Virus record (IMG/VR): IMGVR_UViG_3300025010_000009
Coordinates: 4,776-68,775 of that record
DNA from: a virus
Length of the DNA: 64,000 bases
Strand: one strand, 5' to 3'
The position numbers and the translations under genes were made by a program. Positions 57,750 through 64,000 of this stretch are shown piece by piece (position 1 is the stretch's first letter; the number at the start of each line of letters is the position of its first letter). The notes under the pieces were generated by a model. It ran no database searches. It saw only the letters and a program-made list of their open reading frames with translations, and was not told the DNA's origin.

Positions 57750-58172
57750 ATGTCACGACTGATATGGTTAAAAACAATAGCACTATGGTTGGGTATAGCT
57801 GGGTGTTTACTCCCCCTGTTCTCATGTGATGTCCTGGCTGCTCCGTCATATAAGTCAGGGCAGGCTGCTGCAACGGGTGCAGTAAATTATACCTTTACTG
57901 CTGAGGATGAATCTTGGGTGCAGGAAGTTCGCCTTCACCTTGGAGCCGTGGGACAGGCCGGTAATCTAGTTATTTTTGTGGACCGGGTAACTGGACCCTC
58001 TTATGATGTTGTTTATGTTACTCAGGACATGACCTCAACCCAGAATTTTGTATACCAGCCGGTAAGTCCTATAGTGCTCCAGGCTGGGGATGCCCTACGT
58101 GTTACCTGGGTAAATGCAAGTAATATTGGCTATGGTCTTGAGGTTGTTTACACTAAGGGGTGGACACGATGA
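57750..58172 (+). CDS. Small beta-sandwich protein with signal peptide
   Basis: Hydrophobic N-terminus ending VLA-A; PIVLQAGDALRV. Confidence 0.65.
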   Translation: MSRLIWLKTIALWLGIAGCLLPLFSCDVLAAPSYKSGQAAATGAVNYTFTAEDESWVQEVRLHLGAVGQAGNLVIFVDRVTGPSYDVVYVTQDMTSTQNFVYQPVSPIVLQAGDALRVTWVNASNIGYGLEVVYTKGWTR

Positions 58173-59812
58173 AAAGCGGTATAACCTTTTTAATCCTATT
58201 GACCTGGTTGATCCTCTTCCCGGTTATAGGCCAGGGTGCTGTTCTTGTTAATGGTGTGGATCAATCTGGGGGTGACCTCCATTTTGTAGCCCTGTCATCT
58301 TGCGTGGGTATAACTGATGGAGTGTGTTATAATCTTACAGATCATAAACTGTATCAATGGAATGGCCTGGCAGTAGTTGAATTTACAGGTACAGGTGATA
58401 ACCTTGGGACGTCAACGTATGAAACAGTACGTGAGCTTTGGGGGGCTGGTACAGGGTTTTTACTTACGGACGGGACAGTTAAGGCTGAATCAGCTATCTC
58501 TATTACTACAGATCAAATTACTGACTTACCTACCTATTTAGATTATGCGGATATTGTAGCTCTATGGGCAGCAGGGACGGGGTTGCTTAAAACAGATGGC
58601 ACAATTGATGCGAGTGTTTATCTTACTGCTGAGGCTGATCCTGTATTTCTGGCATGGGATAAAGATTATACTGATCTGATTAATACCCCTACTATTCCGG
58701 CAGCTTCCACGGATTTATCTGATACTGCTGATCTATTACGTACAACTGATATTGGGGTGAGTGTACAGACTCCTCTTGTTGCTGGGACTGATTATCTCGC
58801 TCCTGATGGAGACGGAAGCGGGCTGAGCGGGGTGGGCGACATCACCGGAGTTCTTGGGGATGTAACAGGAGATGTTCCAGTTCTTTATCAAACATATTCA
58901 GCATTCACCGGGTCTGATGCGACCCCAGACGTGTCAACCAGTAGCCACTGGAAAACGGTTGACACCACAACGATAACTACATTTGACGGGACTCCGGTTG
59001 ATGGTCAGCACTTATGGGTAAGGTGTGATGCTGCAACCGTGTTTGATCTGACAAGTTCCGGTATTGTGTCAGTGAACAGAACCAGTGATTTTACTTGTGC
59101 CGCAAATACCATTCTGCATTTCATCTATGATGGCACCAGCGCAAAGTGGATCGCTACGAACATGCCGACTACGGCGGATCAGATTTCAACAACTGGACTG
59201 GTTTACTACACATCTGGAGTTGGTTTTTCTAGCACCGCTACCCCTCCGCTTGGGATTCCAGCAGATTCTACAGTGGCAACTATTTTCGGAAGGGATGCGA
59301 ATAATAATTTGACATTGGGGGTTTCTGGAACCAGCACAAATACATTCTGGAAAGGTAATGACTCAGCCACAAACGGGGACACAACGCAGGCATGGTCTGC
59401 TGATAAGGTGTACGATCAGTTGGCACTCAAACAGGACAAGTCCACTTTCCCGGTAGATTTCTGTGTGGCTATCAGCGACGAAGCAACAGACCTGACCGCT
59501 GGGGCAGCGAAAGTAACTTTCCGTGCACCATATGCTTTTACGTTGACTTCTTTGCGAGCCTCTGTGAATACGGCCCCGGTAGGGTCAACCATTATCATCG
59601 ATGTGAATGAGGCGGGAACCACATTGATGACCACAAATAAACTGTCTATTGATGCCTCAGAGTTGACCAGTGTGACAGCAGCAACGGCCCATACTTTGAC
59701 GGATACTGCCATTGCTGACGATGCGCTGATGACAGCCGATATTGATCAGATTGGAAGCTCAACAGCAGGTAAGGGGGCAAAGATATGTTTGTACGGTACG
59801 CGGGAACTTTAA
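58169..59812 (+). CDS. Fibre-like structural protein with signal peptide
   Basis: Thr/Gly/Asp-rich; YLTAEADPVF, WSADKV, C-terminal IDQIGSSTAGKGAK. Confidence 0.7.
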   Translation: MKSGITFLILLTWLILFPVIGQGAVLVNGVDQSGGDLHFVALSSCVGITDGVCYNLTDHKLYQWNGLAVVEFTGTGDNLGTSTYETVRELWGAGTGFLLTDGTVKAESAISITTDQITDLPTYLDYADIVALWAAGTGLLKTDGTIDASVYLTAEADPVFLAWDKDYTDLINTPTIPAASTDLSDTADLLRTTDIGVSVQTPLVAGTDYLAPDGDGSGLSGVGDITGVLGDVTGDVPVLYQTYSAFTGSDATPDVSTSSHWKTVDTTTITTFDGTPVDGQHLWVRCDAATVFDLTSSGIVSVNRTSDFTCAANTILHFIYDGTSAKWIATNMPTTADQISTTGLVYYTSGVGFSSTATPPLGIPADSTVATIFGRDANNNLTLGVSGTSTNTFWKGNDSATNGDTTQAWSADKVYDQLALKQDKSTFPVDFCVAISDEATDLTAGAAKVTFRAPYAFTLTSLRASVNTAPVGSTIIIDVNEAGTTLMTTNKLSIDASELTSVTAATAHTLTDTAIADDALMTADIDQIGSSTAGKGAKICLYGTREL

Positions 59813-60372
59813 TATTTTTACTTAGTTTGTGCTTGAATTGTTATGCATCAGATTGGCTGCTTAATTCTTATACATTTAATACCGAGGCAGGATGCACTAC
59901 GGGGCAAACCATTATTGGCGACGCCGCCACAACTAATAATTATGGGTTGTCGAATAATTTAATATATTTTGTTCGCAAAACGGCAGCAAAATCATGTAAT
60001 TTGGCTACGATAGTTACCCATTTTTCTGATGCCGGTTCTACAACAACTTTTCGTTCTGCTATATATGCTGATAATGGATCTGGTACAGCACCGACAGGAG
60101 ATCCCTTAGGGTATACAGCGCAGTGTAATACTACAGCTGGCGATGGCAACCCGGAGGATGCGGATTGTGCATTAGGTTCGGCTGTCAGTCTCACCGCATC
60201 AACATATTATTGGATGGGGACAATAGCCAATAACACTACAGGAGTTTATTATGGCACTACTTCTGCAAATGGCTATATGTCATGGGCGTATAGCCCGACA
60301 GATCCGTTCCCGACAATAGCATCATTTTCCGCGTGGAATAAAGACTGGTCATTAAGTGGAGAAAGTGAATGA
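59785..60372 (+). CDS. Beta-rich fibre-tip-like protein with signal peptide
   Basis: Hydrophobic N-terminus ending CYA-S; AIYADNG..P, LTASTYYW. Confidence 0.65.
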   Translation: MFVRYAGTLIFLLSLCLNCYASDWLLNSYTFNTEAGCTTGQTIIGDAATTNNYGLSNNLIYFVRKTAAKSCNLATIVTHFSDAGSTTTFRSAIYADNGSGTAPTGDPLGYTAQCNTTAGDGNPEDADCALGSAVSLTASTYYWMGTIANNTTGVYYGTTSANGYMSWAYSPTDPFPTIASFSAWNKDWSLSGESE

Positions 60373-63227
60373 AAAGATTAACGTTATTTTTTCTTTTTTT
60401 GCTAACTTATGTTAATTTTGCCTTTGGCAGTACAATTACTTTAGTAATAAAAGATAGTTCTGGAGTTGATAGAACAAGCAAATACGTATCGTATGGAATT
60501 CCTCTTAGCATGTCTGATAATGCCGTGTCTATTTCAACATTTAAAATATCTACCGATGAGGCGGGGACTTCTATTATTGACGCCCAGTTCAACATAATTT
60601 CTCGGTATGATCTAGATGGAGACGGCTGGGAAGAAACAGAGCCTATCCGTACAGTTCTTTTAACTTTTCCAGCTACCGTATCAGCTAATATGTCATCTAC
60701 ATATTATTTTCATACTACTGACGGGAGTGGAAATGTTGCTGGTGATAATTTAGCAGATAACTCAAATGAGGCATACTGCGCTATTAATGCAAGTTCACTA
60801 TTGTTACATGTTAAAAAGACAGCAGGATTTAACCTTTTTGATCAAGTGACGGTAGATTCCACAGACATTGTTTCGTCTCCTGCCACGGATGGAATTATCC
60901 TCACTTCAGATAACGGTGGTGAAACCGCTGTTGATTACACAAGTTTCTCAAGCAATAACGCGCCAACAGTCTCAATTGTTTACAATGGTCCATTGATGGC
61001 GGTTGTCAAGGTGGCAGGTCATCTTGAGGACTCAAGCAATAACACTTTAATTCCGAGTGGGGAGAATCCGTCTGCGGTTAACCCTATATCATATGCAGTA
61101 TGGTATACTCTTTTTAAAGATGAAAGATATATTAAGGTTGATTTCAGGATTAAAAACGAAAATCCAGGGGCTGCAGGATATGAGACAACTACAAACAGAA
61201 ATATAGAAATAGCGAATCTTTACCTTAAAACTACTCTTGCTGGACTTGGAACAGTTACAGAAATTGATTTTTCAGACTGGTCTGATTTGACCAGTCCGTC
61301 AGGTGTGTACGATATTGAACAAGATCATTGTTTGCCTGGTGCGTGTGCTCAAGCGTCTGAATCGGATGCGGAAGCAATTCCAAACTTTAACTATTATATC
61401 AAATCTGATGTTAGTGGAACTCCTAATACTGAGTACACAGGAAGACGTTTTGACTCATATTCGCAGATACGTGATTCGGATAGGGGGTTGATAGTTGCTG
61501 GCCGGTGGTGTTGGCAGAATTGGCCGTTTACAATCAAAGAAGATGCAACAAACAAAATAACCGAAGTGCATTTACTGCCAAACACTGGAACAGACCATAT
61601 TTTAATGGGAGCTGCATGGAAAACATGGCAATTGATTTACGATTTTCATGCAGATGTTGCTTCTGACTATACATTTGATTCTGAACTAGCACAATTGAAA
61701 TACCCTTTCGTTATTTTCCCAAGTAATTTAACAACATCAAATTTTTTCGGTGAACGTTTAGGACCGGCAAGTTTGACTACGTCGATTACATATTCAGGCG
61801 GGGAATCGTTAGACGATGCAATAACAAACCAACAAAATTCTATCAGGGCACAATTTGATTCTACGTATTCCACCAATGAGTCTATGTTGTATGATATATT
61901 TGATTTAATGGAGTCAAGGCCAAAGACCTCTACTACTGGCATATATAATGGCCCAATCGACTGGTACGGGTGGCAACATTGGGGTGATTTAGTTAGAGAT
62001 GAACTTGGATTTGGTGCTTTGAATTATGATTGGAACTATTTCGCTTCCGCATTTGGGAATTGTTTTCAGGATTTAGCAATGGTATATGAGGGTGATGCGA
62101 TGAGTTTGCGTACCGCAGATTCATTAATATTGCATCAACCTATAAACGACACAACAACAATTAATACATCTGGCGCAACAGTTCGTGATTTGCATGGCGG
62201 GTCCCGGGATGAATATAATGCAACATGCGAGGGTACTTCATTTTTAACTGGGTTTCAGAATAATGGATGCGTAACAAATAAACATCAACATTTAATTGGT
62301 CTCATATTTAATTATATTTTGACAGGAGATGATAAGTTATTTGATGGACTAAAAGATGCTGGAGATTTTATTAGACACAATTATAGTTCAATTGCCCCTG
62401 ATCATGGTGTATTTGATGGAGCAACCTCTGTTCCAGAAAAAAGATGTGATTTAGGAACATGTACATATTATAATACAGTAGAAACACGTCAATTTTCAAG
62501 AAGTATTGAATATGCGTCGTTATTGTATCAATCTACTGGAGATACTGATTATTTAACATTAGCTAAAAAAATATTTGAAAATGCTTTATTGCAAAATGAG
62601 GATGCTGGTGGTGGATCTTTAGGATCTGACAGCGGGTCTGTTTATGTTTGGTATACTGATCAGGCATTACGTCCAGCTATTGCTTTGTATAATTTATTAT
62701 ATGAGGTTGGTGATTCATATAAATCTAGCGTATCTGCATGGTTACTTCGTCTTGTTTCTTGGTATGATAATGTTTTTGACAACTATCTGCTAGCGCAACC
62801 TGGATACGGAACAGGAGAGAATGAGGGGAAATACTTAGCGTATACACAGGGAGCCGAGTTAATTTCTGGTGCATTCTCCGGTTTATGGCATCCTGAATAT
62901 ATTACTGAGGTTGCTGACTTATATGCGTTTGCATATTTAGTAACAAATGAACAAGAATATTTGGATAGGGCAGCAAGAATGTTTACTGATAAATGGTTTT
63001 ATGCCGGTCAAAATACCTATGAGACTATTAATAATATTGTTGAGGCGGCATATGCGAATGATGGTCCTGCGGGCGGGGATGCATGGTTAAAAGAGGGAAT
63101 TTCTTTAATGGGTGGAAATTATTTTTTATGGGTCAAAGGACGAAGCCCCTTAGTCAGAAAAATAAATGGCGCAAACGGCCACATGCCAATATCAGCAGAA
63201 GGAAAAACATTTGAGGCGGTGCAATAA
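60369..63227 (+). CDS. Large signal-peptide protein, possible polysaccharide lyase/depolymerase (beta-sandwiches + alpha/alpha barrel)
   Basis: MKR + hydrophobic + AFG-S; VSYGIPL, NGPL, WQNWP, YGWQHWGD, YILTGD, YQSTGDTDYL resemble exo-rhamnogalacturonan-lyase-like proteins. Confidence 0.6.
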   Translation: MKRLTLFFLFLLTYVNFAFGSTITLVIKDSSGVDRTSKYVSYGIPLSMSDNAVSISTFKISTDEAGTSIIDAQFNIISRYDLDGDGWEETEPIRTVLLTFPATVSANMSSTYYFHTTDGSGNVAGDNLADNSNEAYCAINASSLLLHVKKTAGFNLFDQVTVDSTDIVSSPATDGIILTSDNGGETAVDYTSFSSNNAPTVSIVYNGPLMAVVKVAGHLEDSSNNTLIPSGENPSAVNPISYAVWYTLFKDERYIKVDFRIKNENPGAAGYETTTNRNIEIANLYLKTTLAGLGTVTEIDFSDWSDLTSPSGVYDIEQDHCLPGACAQASESDAEAIPNFNYYIKSDVSGTPNTEYTGRRFDSYSQIRDSDRGLIVAGRWCWQNWPFTIKEDATNKITEVHLLPNTGTDHILMGAAWKTWQLIYDFHADVASDYTFDSELAQLKYPFVIFPSNLTTSNFFGERLGPASLTTSITYSGGESLDDAITNQQNSIRAQFDSTYSTNESMLYDIFDLMESRPKTSTTGIYNGPIDWYGWQHWGDLVRDELGFGALNYDWNYFASAFGNCFQDLAMVYEGDAMSLRTADSLILHQPINDTTTINTSGATVRDLHGGSRDEYNATCEGTSFLTGFQNNGCVTNKHQHLIGLIFNYILTGDDKLFDGLKDAGDFIRHNYSSIAPDHGVFDGATSVPEKRCDLGTCTYYNTVETRQFSRSIEYASLLYQSTGDTDYLTLAKKIFENALLQNEDAGGGSLGSDSGSVYVWYTDQALRPAIALYNLLYEVGDSYKSSVSAWLLRLVSWYDNVFDNYLLAQPGYGTGENEGKYLAYTQGAELISGAFSGLWHPEYITEVADLYAFAYLVTNEQEYLDRAARMFTDKWFYAGQNTYETINNIVEAAYANDGPAGGDAWLKEGISLMGGNYFLWVKGRSPLVRKINGANGHMPISAEGKTFEAVQ

Positions 63228-63378
63228 TGGCAACAGACTCGATAGCAAAATCAGCAGGGCGTGGCAGGGTACTGGCCGTGGCAATAACATTTGAGTGAAA
63301 GAAATGGACCCAGTAAACAAATCCTTTCGAGTAGGTGCCGGCCTTATGTCTGGTGGCACTGCAATGACATTTGAGTGA
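63201..63378 (+). repeat. Three ACATTTGAG-core repeats at exact 80-bp period
   Basis: Core at 63207, 63287 and 63367; copies 2 and 3 match at 17 of 18 nt (GCAAT[AG]ACATTTGAGTGA). Confidence 0.75.
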
Positions 63379-63462
63379 TAATATGAAAAAACTATTTTCG
63401 GAATCAGGAGACGTCTCAACCGTCCGCGTGGCTACATTGCTGACGGTTGCGGTGAACTATAA

Positions 63463-64000
63463 ATGAGCAAGCGTATACGTATAAGAGTCAATAATGCTGG
63501 GTTTACTGATCTAGCAGGTGGCCCTCTTGGTACAGGGGATCGGGGTGCATATAGCTCCCTCCCTGTTTATACAGGTAATCCATATGAGAGTAATGATTAT
63601 GTTTTCCGTTGGCGACAATATGTACACTTATATGAGACCAGTTGGGAAGCCCGGAAAATTATTCGGATCATCCCTGAGGATGCTCTGCGTAAAAAATGGG
63701 TTGCTGAAGACATCCCGGAACAGATGGCAAAACGGATTGATTCCAGGCTGGACCAGCTTCAATTCCTATCAGTTCTGAAGCGTAGTCTCATGCTTGAACG
63801 CTTGCTGGGTGGTTGTCTAACCTTTCTAGGTCTTGATGCGCAAAAGGATGAGCCTGAAAAGGTATTTCACCCCAGGGATGGGCAGGCCCTGCGGTTTTTG
63901 AATGCTGTACCTATAAGTCGTATTGCACGCATCCGGTGGTGTAATGACCCCCTGAGTGAACACTACATGCGGCCTGAGTCATTCCTGGTCAATAGTAATG
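63463..64000 (+). CDS. Portal protein (DUF1073-like), runs off the window end
   Basis: MSKRIRIRV...LYETSWEARKIIRIIPEDALRKKW...ERLLGG; open to the end; absent from the ORF track. Confidence 0.85.
   Translation, partial: MSKRIRIRVNNAGFTDLAGGPLGTGDRGAYSSLPVYTGNPYESNDYVFRWRQYVHLYETSWEARKIIRIIPEDALRKKWVAEDIPEQMAKRIDSRLDQLQFLSVLKRSLMLERLLGGCLTFLGLDAQKDEPEKVFHPRDGQALRFLNAVPISRIARIRWCNDPLSEHYMRPESFLVNSN

Noticed and set aside
63201-63378. Bona fide CRISPR array
   Set aside because: Only 2-3 copies, 18 nt or less, non-palindromic, no cas genes; kept only as an unexplained repeat
1-64000. Stop-codon reassignment
   Set aside because: Core genes are full length under the standard code; only one isolated internal TAA at 7988

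Overview
The window is most of the genome of a tailed dsDNA phage of myovirus type (contractile tail), linearised inside the head module. It has two arms. The + strand late arm runs from 53.3 kb to the window end and continues at 1-21.2 kb. It holds the terminases, ferredoxin, a block of large signal-peptide proteins, portal, capsid, a glycan-modification cluster, lysin, neck, sheath, tube, frameshifted tail chaperone, tape measure, baseplate and tail fibre. The - strand early/replication arm (53.1 to 21.2 kb) holds DUF932, a pyrimidine-dimer glycosylase, SNF2, primase, initiator, DnaC- and DnaB-like proteins and UDP-xylose synthase next to a TAGT/GREB1-like glycosyltransferase. It continues with a beta clamp, a split UDG-exonuclease/PolA, ThyX, a clamp loader, UvsY-, SSB- and RecA-like proteins, RuvC and a split Mre11/Rad50. 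I saw no integrase, repressor, reverse transcriptase or CRISPR array. Strongest leads: (1) late fibre/adhesin-like proteins that all carry Sec-type signal peptides and paired cysteines; (2) a UDP-xylose synthase plus TAGT-like glycosyltransferase pair, suggesting pentosylated DNA; (3) a family of small late proteins with a constant F[EQ]NGxxKAQxE[IV]M leader and variable tails; (4) an approximately 75-bp dispersed motif found both between and inside genes; (5) a tRNA-like RNA with an aberrant anticodon domain, and a structured RNA/micro-ORF island. All family assignments come from motif recognition and synteny by eye, with no database search.
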